A stretch of DNA of 64,000 bases from an uncultured Candidatus Saccharibacteria bacterium (GTDB lineage Bacteria > Patescibacteriota > JABMPQ01 > JAQVVF01), in the NCBI GenBank assembly GCA_964574655.1, contig CAZNOH010000004.1, positions 2,046 through 66,045 of the forward strand, read 5' to 3'. The notes under the pieces were generated by a model. It made no database searches and was not told the DNA's origin. It saw nothing but the letters and a program-made list of their open reading frames with translations. Both the position numbers and the translations under genes were made by a program. Positions 19,546-29,553 of the stretch are shown here, in pieces. Numbering within the stretch: the first letter of the stretch is position 1; each line of letters opens with the position of its first letter.

Positions 19546-20457
19546 CTAAAGTTGGGTAGAAGTTTTTAAATATTCATAAACTGAAGTTGCAGATATTGCC
19601 CCTTCTGATGCTGCTGTCACAATTTGTTTTAATTCGTTCGATCCAGTTGTAATATCGCCAGCTGCAAAAACGCCATCAACATTTGTTTTGCAGGCATTGT
19701 CAACAATTATTAAATTATCTTTGTTCAATTCAACATGCAAGCATTGAGCTAAAGCTGTCTGCGGTTTGGCACCGATTTCAATAAATAATCCGCCGACTTC
19801 CAATTCTTTGCCATTATCCAAAATAATTTTTTCTAAGCATTTCTCGCCTTTAGCTTCAATTACATTGGCATTATAGATAACTTCGATTTTTTTATTCTTT
19901 AATATTTGATCAACCCAAATTGGTTCAGCCTTTAATTTTTCTTTACGATAAATCATATAAACTTTGCTGGCATGTTCTGCTAAAAGTAAAGTTGAAACAG
20001 CAGCTGAATTTCCACCGCCGACAACTGCGATTACTTTGCCTTTGCAAAAAATAGCATCGCAAGTAGCACAATAAGCAACGCCTTTGCCAGTTAATTCTTT
20101 TTCTCCAGGAACATTTAACTTTCTTCTTTCAGAACCTAAAGCTAAAATAATTGATTTTGATTGATAGTGCTTGTCAGGAGTCAAAATAGTGAAAAGACTG
20201 TCTTCTTTTTTAATATCAGAGATTTCTTCCATCAAAATCTTAACGCCATAATGTTCAACGTGTTTTTTAAAATCAGCCATTAATTCAATACCAGATTTTC
20301 CTAAAACGCCTGGCCAATTTTCTACTTTTGGAGCAGACATTGCAAGTCCGCCGATTTCTTTGGCCAATACTAAAGTATTAATTTTATATCTGGCTGCATA
20401 GATTGCAGCTGTATAACCTGCTGGACCAGCTCCAATTATTATTAAATCGTATATCAT
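19546..20457 (-). CDS. trxB: Thioredoxin-disulfide reductase
   Basis: GAGPAG, YCATCD, GGGNSA, GVFAAGD. Confidence 0.9.
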   Translation of the reverse strand: MIYDLIIIGAGPAGYTAAIYAARYKINTLVLAKEIGGLAMSAPKVENWPGVLGKSGIELMADFKKHVEHYGVKILMEEISDIKKEDSLFTILTPDKHYQSKSIILALGSERRKLNVPGEKELTGKGVAYCATCDAIFCKGKVIAVVGGGNSAAVSTLLLAEHASKVYMIYRKEKLKAEPIWVDQILKNKKIEVIYNANVIEAKGEKCLEKIILDNGKELEVGGLFIEIGAKPQTALAQCLHVELNKDNLIIVDNACKTNVDGVFAAGDITTGSNELKQIVTAASEGAISATSVYEYLKTSTQL

Positions 20458-20460
20458 AAA

Positions 20461-21924
20461 TTATTTTAACTTCTTTAAAACTTTATCCTTACTAGGTTCT
20501 TTACCATGTTCAGTAATATATTCCAAAATGAATTTGTCTGCTTTTTCTAAATATTCTCCAATCTCTTTACCAGGTTTTAAATTAAAATTAGCCATAATAT
20601 CTTGCCCATCAATAACATGTCTAAATGTTTTGATTTCTGATTTTTTGAATTGTTCGCGCATATTATTAATATAATTGCGAACTTCTGTAATTCTTGCTAA
20701 ATTTTTTTCTTGAGTTGGACCATATGATGCTTTTGTATCAACATAATATAAATCTAAAAGTTCATCACCTAATTTCGGATCATCAATAAAATATTTTTTG
20801 ATAGTATTTGGACGCATATCTTCGACTTTTCCGGATACAAAAAACATGTGGTATTTTACCAGCCAGACTATTTCGCTAGTTAATTTGTTTGGCAATTTTA
20901 AACGGTTGCAGACTATGGAAGCTACTTTTGCTCCTTCTTCAGAATGTTCGTCTGATCTGACTCGGTCAACTCCATCTTTTTCTGGAGTTTTTGTTGTGCT
21001 TGGTTTACCAATGTCATGAAGTAAAGTTGCTAGCTTGAAGCGGACTGTTGTATTTTTTTGAATAAAACTTAAAGCCAGTTTTGTGTGTTCATAAACATCA
21101 CCTTCTTCATGAAATTCTTTTGGCTGGACAATTCCTTTGCATTCTTCAATTTCTGGCAATAAAATATTTAGTAATTTACATTGATCATAAAGATCTAGAA
21201 ATTTAACTGGATTTGCATCAAGTGATTTTAATAATTCTTTGGAAACTGTTTCAAATGGAACAGCATCTAAAATTTTTGGAGCATCATCTTTGATTGCCGT
21301 CCAAGTTTTTTCTTCAATTTTAAAATTAAATTTTAAGGAAAATCTGATAGCTCTTAAGATTCTAGAATAATCTTCTTGGAATCTTTTTGCAGGATTGCCG
21401 ACTGCTTTGATTATTTTATTCTCAATATCTCGTTGACCTAAATATGGATCAACTAAAGCGTCATTTTTAATATCATAAGCAATGGCGTTGATTGTTAAAT
21501 CACGTCTAGATAGATCAATTTCAATTGGCAATTCTGGATCTGATTGAACATCGAAATCGCGATATGCGCCAGTTCCTAAGGCCTCTTCTGTTCTAGGCAA
21601 GGCAATATCAAAAGCCTCCATTTTTTGGCCCATAAATTCTGGATCTTTTGGAACAAATTTAAAAACACCGAAAGATGCGCCAACTAATTCAACTGATCCA
21701 TATTTTCCTAAAAACTTTTTGAGATCATCTGCCTTAATCTTAGTAACAACAAAATCAAGATCTTTAGATTCTAAACCTAAAATTTGATCACGCACAAAAC
21801 CGCCGACTAAATATATTTTGGCGTCTTTAAAATCGTTAATTAATGCATCAAGAAATTCAAAAGTCTTGGCTTTTTTAGCATTAATGATATAATTCTTTAG
21901 GTTTTCTGTAGGATTATGATTCAT
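20461..21924 (-). CDS. cca: CCA-adding tRNA nucleotidyltransferase (HD domain)
   Basis: LVGGFVRD, DLDF, DLSRRDLTINAIA, EDYSRILRAIRF, LLHDIGK. Confidence 0.85.
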   Translation of the reverse strand: MNHNPTENLKNYIINAKKAKTFEFLDALINDFKDAKIYLVGGFVRDQILGLESKDLDFVVTKIKADDLKKFLGKYGSVELVGASFGVFKFVPKDPEFMGQKMEAFDIALPRTEEALGTGAYRDFDVQSDPELPIEIDLSRRDLTINAIAYDIKNDALVDPYLGQRDIENKIIKAVGNPAKRFQEDYSRILRAIRFSLKFNFKIEEKTWTAIKDDAPKILDAVPFETVSKELLKSLDANPVKFLDLYDQCKLLNILLPEIEECKGIVQPKEFHEEGDVYEHTKLALSFIQKNTTVRFKLATLLHDIGKPSTTKTPEKDGVDRVRSDEHSEEGAKVASIVCNRLKLPNKLTSEIVWLVKYHMFFVSGKVEDMRPNTIKKYFIDDPKLGDELLDLYYVDTKASYGPTQEKNLARITEVRNYINNMREQFKKSEIKTFRHVIDGQDIMANFNLKPGKEIGEYLEKADKFILEYITEHGKEPSKDKVLKKLK

Positions 21925-22050
21925 GGAATTATGCACTGAAACTCGGTTTTTGAAAAAACCGAGTTTCTAGGTTTCTAAAAAACTAGTTTCTCATAAATAT
22001 TTTACCTTAAATTTAACTTTGCGTAAATAAAAAAAGGCATTCTAAATTGA

Positions 22051-22353
22051 TTATGCCTTTCGCAATTCCCAAATAATAGTGCGACGTTGATCATCAAGAC
22101 CGCATCCAATTATGAACGAGATTTCATCTTCTAACAATGTTTCAACAAAATCTTCCAAAATAATTCTTGGAATCGAGGATTTTGGAGTTCTGAAATCGAT
22201 GATCACGTCTTGATCCTGAAAATTTCTGGCAACAACAATTCGTCCATCCCAAAGCCTGAACTCAACTTCTAGATTATGCTTGAGCTGATCATCTAGTTGA
22301 TAAGGATTCGACATGTATCCGAGTAAATCAGACTGGTCTTGCAGTTCTCTCAA
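22051..22353 (-). CDS. Hypothetical protein
   Basis: GGGAGGTG SD precedes TTG at 22353 (track start 22383). Confidence 0.55.
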   Translation of the reverse strand: MRELQDQSDLLGYMSNPYQLDDQLKHNLEVEFRLWDGRIVVARNFQDQDVIIDFRTPKSSIPRIILEDFVETLLEDEISFIIGCGLDDQRRTIIWELRKA

Positions 22354-22402
22354 GGTACACCTCCCTTTTCTGCGTGTATTCAATACTATACTAATTTATC
22401 AT

Positions 22403-23596
22403 TTAAGTCAACAGGATAAAGACCTTGTCATTTTTTCTAACTCGCTTATCAACTCTCAAAGCCACTAAGTCACTTTTTTTAGCTTTTGTAATTTTTTGAT
22501 GATTGTTTTCGAGTGAACTAATTTTTTGTTCAAAGAAACTTGTTTGTCCTTCAACTAAAATTTTATCGCCAATCTTTAATGAATGGTGTTTCAAATCAAT
22601 TTCCGCAACTTTTATATTAGCATAATAATTTGTTACATAGCCAACTAGAACTTTTTTAACTGCACTTGCATTGTCAGCTTTTTCATAACTAATTCCAGAT
22701 TTATCAGGCTTACTAAAATAAAAGCCAGTTGAATAGCCTCGATTATAAACAGTATCTAATTCAGCCTGCCATTTATTTACTTTTTCCTGACTAAATGTTT
22801 TATCAAAATAAGCATTAACTGCTTCTTTATAGCATCTTGAAGTTACTTCGATGTATCTTGGATCTCTGCGCCTACCTTCAATCTTAAATGAATCAATGCC
22901 AGCTTTGATTAATTCTGGAACATATTTGATCATGCATAAATCTTTTGCAGACATAAAATATTGGCCTTTGTTAACTATTTTTTTTCCTTCTGGATCTTGC
23001 AAAATCCATTCTTTACGGCAAGGTTGAGAACAAGTTCCGCAATTAGCTGATGTGCCATATAGATAGCTAGATAAAATACAACGGCCAGAAATTGCCAAAC
23101 ACATTGCGCCATGGACGAATGTTTCTATTTCTATCTTAACTTTTTTCTTTAATTTCTTGATATCCTGCAAAGACATTTCACGTGCTAAGACAATTCTTTT
23201 TGCGCCAAGTTTTTGATAAAATATTGCTGTTTTGTAATTGCTAATATTCGCTTGTGTGGAAATGAAGAAATTGACCTTAAACTTTTTAGCTAGCTCAACT
23301 AAGCTTAAATCCCAAATTATAATGGCATCAACGCCTACTTGTTTGGCTTTTTTTATCAATTTTTCGGCTTTTTTGAGGTCATTATTATAGATGGCGGAAT
23401 TGACCGTTAAGTAGCTTTTTAAGCCAAATCGATGGCATTTTTTAATAAATCTAGGCATATCCCTTAATTTAATGCCTGAATGAGCGCGCATGCTTAGATT
23501 ATCAGAAATGCCAAAATAGACTGCGTCAGCGTAATCTTTGCAGGCATCAAGTGAAGCAAAATCGCGAATTGGGCTCATTGTTTCTGGTTGTTTCAT
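22403..23596 (-). CDS. Peptidase U32 family protein (TrhP-like RNA hydroxylase)
   Basis: ADAVYFG, ETFVHGAMCLAISGRC, CSQPCR, KIEGR. Confidence 0.88.
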   Translation of the reverse strand: MKQPETMSPIRDFASLDACKDYADAVYFGISDNLSMRAHSGIKLRDMPRFIKKCHRFGLKSYLTVNSAIYNNDLKKAEKLIKKAKQVGVDAIIIWDLSLVELAKKFKVNFFISTQANISNYKTAIFYQKLGAKRIVLAREMSLQDIKKLKKKVKIEIETFVHGAMCLAISGRCILSSYLYGTSANCGTCSQPCRKEWILQDPEGKKIVNKGQYFMSAKDLCMIKYVPELIKAGIDSFKIEGRRRDPRYIEVTSRCYKEAVNAYFDKTFSQEKVNKWQAELDTVYNRGYSTGFYFSKPDKSGISYEKADNASAVKKVLVGYVTNYYANIKVAEIDLKHHSLKIGDKILVEGQTSFFEQKISSLENNHQKITKAKKSDLVALRVDKRVRKNDKVFILLT

Positions 23597-23669
23597 AATT
23601 TGGTATTGTCACATTTTAAAACATAAAAGTCAAGAATACAAAAACAAGGCCTAAAGCCTTGTTTTAATT

Positions 23670-25064
23670 TTACTTAACTCCGATTCCGAACCAATATTTT
23701 GTCTTTTTGAATTTTGTAAAATATTTAACTTTAATTTGCCTTTTATTTTTGACCTGAACAATTTTTGTGTTCTTCCAATATTTGGTTAATTTTTTCCAGT
23801 CTGATTTTTTAGTTCTAAATTTTAAAGTCAGATCAGATTTTTTAAGATCGCTTTGTTTCTTTTTTAAATTATTATAAATTTTCTTACTATATTTGAAAGT
23901 AACTTGAATTTGATATTTTTGGCTAGCATTAGCAGATATATAATTTTTTAAATTTGTTTCTAGCTTCCAATATCTTTTTAAAGTCTTGTTTTTGTTGTCT
24001 AACCATTTTGGCGGATATTTGTTATATTGCGTCCATTTCATCCAATAAGCCTTGTCTTGAGTTAAGATGCTTGGCAGGCTTTTAAAATAGATAACTAGTT
24101 TTTGACCTGTTAAGGTATATCCGTTCAAAGCATTTTCTAAAACAATTCTATCATTATTAACTAAATTCTGTTCTTCTTGTTGCCTTTCCTCCTCTTCTAT
24201 TACTTCGGCGCAATTTTGATAATAAAAAGGATAATTAGAATATGCAAAAATTTGCGGAGTGGCATCTTCGGCTAGATAAATATTAGTAGTTGTATTTGGA
24301 CAAGCAGGCTGTACAGCAACACCTTCTTGAGCGCTACCTGGCATATTATAGCTATTTAAAACTGTGCCATTAGCTTGCATTTCTAAAAGTAAATCAGAAC
24401 TATCAAAAATAGCGTACAAAATTTGAGTTGAAGGTTCGTAATCTAAGCCCGATAAATCTGTTGTACCTGCTTGTGGAATAATGTTACCAATAAAGCCTAC
24501 TGAATTGCTGACGCTTAAATTAATGTCAAAAACATAGATCTTGCCATCACCTTGATGGCCGGTATAAAATAAACCGCCAGAAGCAGAATTAGAATACGGA
24601 TGATCGTTGTTTGGGACAAAGGTTAAAGCCTCTAAACCTTGACCTGAAATATCCGGCATCCAAGATGACAAATCCCAAGATTTGCCAGTCATTGCCCAAG
24701 TATTGAGATCAAATTCATAAATAGTTCTGTTATCCTCACGGCCAACGTAAATATAATTACTGCTTGGATTAGCAACTGTAATGCCCTCTAAATCAAAGGC
24801 ACTACCATAATACCAATTGTGCAAAATTGCGCCTGTACTAGTCATTTCTGTAATATTGCCAGAATCACCAACTACAAATAATGTGCCTAATCTAGAATGC
24901 CAAGCCAAGCCGCTTGGTTCATAAACTATTGGATCAGGAGGTAAATTTGTACCAATATCCGTGCCTGTTCCTGCTGGCCAAGGATTGGCAGCATAAGAAT
25001 TAGAAGAAAGCAAAAAAAATAACCCGAAAATCAGTGTTGCAGAATAAGATAATATTTTTGTCAT
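23670..25064 (-). CDS. Secreted SdiA-regulated (YjiK-like) beta-propeller protein
   Basis: Signal peptide; EPSGLAW, DLEGIT, GLEALTF, DLSGLDY, QEGVA repeats; basic C-terminal domain. Confidence 0.7.
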   Translation of the reverse strand: MTKILSYSATLIFGLFFLLSSNSYAANPWPAGTGTDIGTNLPPDPIVYEPSGLAWHSRLGTLFVVGDSGNITEMTSTGAILHNWYYGSAFDLEGITVANPSSNYIYVGREDNRTIYEFDLNTWAMTGKSWDLSSWMPDISGQGLEALTFVPNNDHPYSNSASGGLFYTGHQGDGKIYVFDINLSVSNSVGFIGNIIPQAGTTDLSGLDYEPSTQILYAIFDSSDLLLEMQANGTVLNSYNMPGSAQEGVAVQPACPNTTTNIYLAEDATPQIFAYSNYPFYYQNCAEVIEEEERQQEEQNLVNNDRIVLENALNGYTLTGQKLVIYFKSLPSILTQDKAYWMKWTQYNKYPPKWLDNKNKTLKRYWKLETNLKNYISANASQKYQIQVTFKYSKKIYNNLKKKQSDLKKSDLTLKFRTKKSDWKKLTKYWKNTKIVQVKNKRQIKVKYFTKFKKTKYWFGIGVK

Positions 25065-25726
25065 TTTGTTTTAGTATTTTCTTTTTTTATAAATTTTCTT
25101 AAATCTGCTTCAACAAGAATTCTCTGAATATCAGTACAGGCAATCATTGTTTGTAATGGCTTGGTTGCATTTTCTTTGTTGACAAGCATAGAAAAACCAA
25201 TGTATTCAACTTTTTTGTGATGTCGTCTCCTAATCCAATCTATGGCTGGAACTAAATCAGCATCCGAACTAATTAATATTGCTGTATCATATTTGTCATC
25301 AACTGCGCCGACGATTAAATCAGTTGCTAATTTTACGTCAATTCCCTTTTCCCGCATTCTTTCATATTCAATATACTTAACACCTTGAGCTAAAAGTTTT
25401 TTATAATTTTTTGTTCTGCTATCTATCATTGTTTTTTCTGTTCTGATTCTAAGCTTACTTGTCTTAATATGCCATTTTGTTGCTTTCAAAATATTAAAAA
25501 ATTTGGTCTGCGTTGACATTGCTATTTTGCTTTTTGGATTATCTTGTTGCTCGCGAACACTTCCGACATAAAATCTTTTGCTAACAACATTCCTGCCATT
25601 TGCAAGAAAATCAACAAATTCGTCAAATAAAAATGAAGATTCTTGAGTATTTAATTTTTTGATTGCTAAATGATGAAAATTACCGCCATCAATATAAATA
25701 CAGATTCTTTCTTTTTTGTTTATCAT
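25061..25726 (-). CDS. NYN (LabA/DUF88) PIN-like nuclease
   Basis: IYIDGGNF, EKGIDVKLATD, LISSDADLVP. Confidence 0.88.
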   Translation of the reverse strand: MINKKERICIYIDGGNFHHLAIKKLNTQESSFLFDEFVDFLANGRNVVSKRFYVGSVREQQDNPKSKIAMSTQTKFFNILKATKWHIKTSKLRIRTEKTMIDSRTKNYKKLLAQGVKYIEYERMREKGIDVKLATDLIVGAVDDKYDTAILISSDADLVPAIDWIRRRHHKKVEYIGFSMLVNKENATKPLQTMIACTDIQRILVEADLRKFIKKENTKTK

Positions 25727-25867
25727 ATTTTAAATTTTAACATAAAATAAAAAATCCTGCACACTCTTCCACTTGCGTGGAACAGGCACAGGAGACTTTA
25801 TGTTTTTAATATAACAGGAATATAGATGTTGTCAAGATTTTTTGGGTATAACATATACAAACTCGAA

Positions 25868-25938
25868 CGGGCGAGGAAGGAATTGAACCCTCAGTTTCAG
25901 CTTTGGAGGCTGATGGTTTACCGTTAACCGACTCGCCC
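25868..25938 (-). tRNA. trnW: tRNA-Trp(CCA)
   Basis: GGGCGAG acceptor stem, TCAGC-CTCCAAA-GCTGA anticodon arm, GGTTCAATTCC T arm; no encoded 3' CCA. Confidence 0.93.
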
Positions 25939-26592
25939 ATGTATATTCAAAAATGCTTTTGCTATATATAGAATTTCTTTTGCGAAGCTAGTATCATAAT
26001 AACAAACATTCACACAGCCGGGATAACCTTCTTTAATGCGTTTAGCAGTATGCGGTTTCTGATATGGCTTTATAAATTGCGATTTTTTTATGCCCGTAAC
26101 TTTTGACCAGAATAAAATTTGTTTCTGAATTGAATGATACTCGTGCAAATGTAATGCAACTCTAAAATTTTTTTCATCAATATCAAATGCAGATCGCAAT
26201 AAGAAAACAAATGTTTTAATTAATTTGGGATCAGAATTAGTAAATTGTATCTTTCGGGGACTTTTGGCGCCTTCACACCAATATAGCAACGCGCAAATTA
26301 TTTTTTGATGGTCTTTAGAGAATAAATTATCTCTGACTAGGCTTTTTGACTTTTCACTAATTATTTTTTCAAAATTTTCTCGCTTTCTTCTTTGTACTAA
26401 TTTTGACTTTTCTCTTCCGAAAATTCCTCTTTTAATTAGTCTAGTTTTAGCTTGATTAGATAATTTAATATTTTTTAGCCAAAAAGAAGCAGTACTCTTA
26501 GAAATTACTACTTTCTCGGAGATTTCATTCAACGAAAAACCGGCTTTTCTCAACTTGATTGCTTTTTGGTATTTTTCTTTTAATCTAATCAT
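25924..26592 (-). CDS. HTH + LAGLIDADG-like protein, tRNA-adjacent family
   Basis: N-terminal HTH (LRKAGFSLNEI...SKSTASFWL); 'LYWCEG...FTNSDP...FWSKVTGI'. Confidence 0.7.
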   Translation of the reverse strand: MIRLKEKYQKAIKLRKAGFSLNEISEKVVISKSTASFWLKNIKLSNQAKTRLIKRGIFGREKSKLVQRRKRENFEKIISEKSKSLVRDNLFSKDHQKIICALLYWCEGAKSPRKIQFTNSDPKLIKTFVFLLRSAFDIDEKNFRVALHLHEYHSIQKQILFWSKVTGIKKSQFIKPYQKPHTAKRIKEGYPGCVNVCYYDTSFAKEILYIAKAFLNIHGRVG

Positions 26593-26653
26593 CGAACCTA
26601 TAATAATGATTACGTATAAGCACTATTATTATAACGTAGATTTTAAAGGACTG

Positions 26654-26771
26654 AAATCCTAAATCCCAAATCCCAAAAAACAAACAAATTACAAATCACA
26701 AACTACAAAATTTGTTTCTTGGTTTGTTCTTTGTAATTTGGGATTTGTTTGGAATTTGGAATTTGTTATTT
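26654..26771. repeat. Empty heptamer inverted-repeat element
   Basis: AAATCCC/AAATTAC units with reverse-complement arm touching the rpmG stop. Confidence 0.65.
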
Positions 26772-26921
26772 CGTCTCTTTATGCATTGCATGCTTCTTGC
26801 ATTTCTTGCAGAATTTTTTAATCTCAATTTTATTTTTAAGAACTTTCTTATTCTTGCGAGAATAATAATTAATTGATTTGCATACTGTGCATTCTAGTTT
26901 GATGAGATTATCTTGTGGCAT
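26766..26921 (-). CDS. rpmG: 50S ribosomal protein L33 (zinc-binding form; not in ORF track)
   Basis: Manual translation MPQDNLIKLECTVCKSINYYSRKNKKVLKNKIEIKKFCKKCKKHAMHKETK; upstream of tRNA-Trp. Confidence 0.95.
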   Translation of the reverse strand: MPQDNLIKLECTVCKSINYYSRKNKKVLKNKIEIKKFCKKCKKHAMHKETK

Positions 26922-26997
26922 CGTGGTTGAAAATTAAAAGTTTTATAATTAACCTCAGTATAAGTAAAAAAAATGATTTGGTCAAGGAATTTTGGAA

Positions 26998-27083
26998 ATT
27001 GGAGCGTCAGAACTTCGGAGCGTCAGAGCGTCGGACGTTACGCCGTTCTGACGCTCCGATTTCCGACGTTCTGAAGCTCCAAT
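26998..27083. repeat. GC-rich 8-nt periodic inverted repeat (CGGAGCGT/CAGAGCGT)
   Basis: ATTGGAGCGTCAGAACTTCGGAGCGTCAGAGCG...TTCTGACGCTCCGATTTCCGACGTTCTGAAGCTCCAAT. Confidence 0.65.
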
Positions 27084-27090
27084 TTACGAA

Positions 27091-27120
27091 TAAAAAAAAG
27101 AAGACCGGTAAGGGTCTTCT
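27091..27120 (-). terminator. Intrinsic terminator of the 617-aa gene
   Basis: Minus strand AGAAGACC-CTTACC-GGTCTTCT followed by a T tract. Confidence 0.75.
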
Positions 27121-27215
27121 GAAGGAACGGGAATAGATAGAAATGTGCGGGTAGGTCTGCGTCACGTTGCGTGAGCAGAAACTGAAGTTGTCTGAAGTGT
27201 TGTTGGAAGGTTTTA

Positions 27216-29069
27216 TCAGCCGCCGTTGCCCTTCAGCCGTGGCTTGGCGCTGATCTGCTCGACCGGCTGACCATTGAGCCAGGCGGCCGTCTCGTCCGGC
27301 GTGGCCTCGTTGCTCTGCCCGCTGCCACCCTCGTTGCCGTGGGTGCCGCGCGGGTTCCTCTTCTGGATCGCGCTGCGGACCTGCGGCCCGTCCGGGTTCT
27401 TGGCCATGTACTTCTCGATGCGCATCTTCAGCGTCATCGTCCACAGCTTCCCGATGGCCAAACTGCCGTCCCGCCAGCTGTCATGCTGGTCCTGGGACAT
27501 CTCGTACAGCTCCGCGGCTTGCTCGGGCGTGAGGCTCGAGTCGCTCTTCAGCTTCTCGACGATGAGCTGCTTGCGCAGCTCCATCGCCTGCCACGCCTCC
27601 CACGCCGTCAGCACCACCAGCCGAGGCACCCAGAACTTCCCGCCGCCCTCGGCCTTCTTCAGTCGCCCCTCCTTGTCCACGACCCGGACCGGCACGATCG
27701 CCGTCCGGAAGAGGGGCTTGTTTTCCCGCCCGTAGGTGGTGAGCTGCGTCCCCTCTTCGCTGTTGTTGGGGTTGTCGCTCTTCACCATCAGGCCAGGGTC
27801 GGCCCGGAACCTCTCCAGGTCACCCCAGGACCGAGAGATTTCGGCCGTATTCAGCTTGCCACCGATCAGCCGACGCAACCACTCGATCGTGGCCTCGTGT
27901 TCCTTGTGCTCCTCGCTCGGCGCGGTCTCGGGGGCCAGCTCGATGAGGTCGGCGAGGTCGTCCACGACGCCCTCGACGTACTCGGCCTTCTTGCCCGCCG
28001 CTTCCTTCGCCCGCTGCTCCATCTCGGCGATCTGCTGACGCTCCCACGTCTCGCGGTTGATCTCGTGGATGTTCTTGAGCAGCTGCCATGCTTCCGACCC
28101 GCGGTACTTCCGGCTCTTCTCCATCAGCTCGACACGGAGCGCATCCATGCACTCCTGCGAGAGCTTGCCGGCCAGGGTCTCCGCGTTGCGCTCGTCCTTG
28201 AACTCGGGGTGGTGCTCGGCCATGATCTTGTCCCACACCGCCCACGAGCCTTCGACCATCTCCTTCTCGCGCTTGCCGGCCCACCGAGCCCACTTAATGT
28301 AGCCGTCCTTGTAGGTGAAGCTCAGGGGCTCCCGCAACGCGGGGTTTTCCCGGTTCAGGAGCGGCCGTAGCAGCTTCATCCCCGTCTCGATCTTGCCCAG
28401 CACGGGCATGCAGATCGCCGGGGGCTGCTGGTCCTTGTTGAAGTACCCCGGCTTCAGCTTCTTCATGAGCTGGACGACGGTACCTCGCTTGTCGCCCTGG
28501 GACAGGTGGATCTCGCTCATCGCGATCACCACGATGCCGTTCGGGCTGAAGGCCTGGTTCTCACCGAGCTGATCCGACACCACGAGCACCTCTTCCGGGT
28601 GGAAGAAGCACCCGACGGCCTTCGGGTAGTCCGGCTCGCTCGCCTTGTGGTAGTCCTCGTTGTCCTTCTCGCGCTGCTGCCGGTTGCGCTCCCGCGCGGC
28701 CTTCCGCCGTTGCTGCCGGGCGCGCCTCATGTCCTGCTTCTCCTGCCGGGTGAGCGGGCGCCCGACCTTGGCCTCCTCGGCCGCCTCCTCGGCTTGGGTC
28801 TCCTGCTCGTCCTCGTCGTCCCCGTCCTCGACCACGACGCCGTCCTCCACCACGGGGGCGGGGGGCTCGGCGACGGGCTGCTCGGTCACGATCTCGGTCT
28901 GCTCGGTCTTCTTGACGCGGGGCTTGCGCACCCGCTTCGGCTTCTCGACCTTCTCGGGCTCAACCTGGGCCTCCTCGGCCTGGGTCTCGCCATCCTTCAC
29001 CTCCTTCTTCTGCTCGGTGTTGTTGACGGTGATCTGGGAATCGGTCTTGGGTCCGCGCTTCGTACTCAT
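27216..29069 (-). CDS. High-GC hypothetical protein (charged, disordered N-terminus)
   Basis: 617-aa ORF with AGGAGG SD, strongly G/C-ending codons, own terminator; no family recognised. Confidence 0.8.
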   Translation of the reverse strand: MSTKRGPKTDSQITVNNTEQKKEVKDGETQAEEAQVEPEKVEKPKRVRKPRVKKTEQTEIVTEQPVAEPPAPVVEDGVVVEDGDDEDEQETQAEEAAEEAKVGRPLTRQEKQDMRRARQQRRKAARERNRQQREKDNEDYHKASEPDYPKAVGCFFHPEEVLVVSDQLGENQAFSPNGIVVIAMSEIHLSQGDKRGTVVQLMKKLKPGYFNKDQQPPAICMPVLGKIETGMKLLRPLLNRENPALREPLSFTYKDGYIKWARWAGKREKEMVEGSWAVWDKIMAEHHPEFKDERNAETLAGKLSQECMDALRVELMEKSRKYRGSEAWQLLKNIHEINRETWERQQIAEMEQRAKEAAGKKAEYVEGVVDDLADLIELAPETAPSEEHKEHEATIEWLRRLIGGKLNTAEISRSWGDLERFRADPGLMVKSDNPNNSEEGTQLTTYGRENKPLFRTAIVPVRVVDKEGRLKKAEGGGKFWVPRLVVLTAWEAWQAMELRKQLIVEKLKSDSSLTPEQAAELYEMSQDQHDSWRDGSLAIGKLWTMTLKMRIEKYMAKNPDGPQVRSAIQKRNPRGTHGNEGGSGQSNEATPDETAAWLNGQPVEQISAKPRLKGNGG

Positions 29070-29282
29070 CTCTTCTACCCTCCTAGGAGTCTTGGAACCA
29101 GAAACTGAAAACGCGCGCGCTCTAAACGCAGCATTGCACTGCGAAAAGCCATGTCCTGGAATAGTGGGAATAATCTGAATAATAATAATTTTTTATAACC
29201 TTCCAAATTGTCAGTGTTCTAGAATTACTATCAATATCTTGGCTCAAAATATTTTGAGACAAACTGCTGACAGCTAACTTTT

Positions 29283-29405
29283 AATTTACAATTATCAATT
29301 ATCAATTTTCAATAAATGACCAATTACCAATTTTCAATCCGACGACAACTGTCATTGTAAATTGATCATTGAAAATTTATTGTAAATTGGAAATTGATAA
29401 TTTTT
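29283..29405. repeat. Empty heptamer inverted-repeat element (CAATTAT/TTTTCAA type)
   Basis: CAATTAT/CAATTTT units, CGACGAC in loop, reverse-complement arm; sister element at ~63921-64000. Confidence 0.7.
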
Positions 29406-29553
29406 AAACGTCCGCCTCAAATAACAATGTATCCATTATTATTTCAGGTGGTGCCACAGAAAATGTGGCAAGAAAAGGTACTGGGGGATGGAATGTGGGG
29501 TTCGCTGAAGTGCTTGGGTGAGTTACTAGGCTCGTCGCTTGATCAGGTCAGGC

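Noticed and set aside
27007-29178. Many overlapping ORFs (343, 200, 172, 157, 153, 145 aa) around the 617-aa gene
   Set aside because: Expected shadow frames in high-GC DNA; only the 617-aa frame has an SD, G/C-ending codon bias and a terminator.
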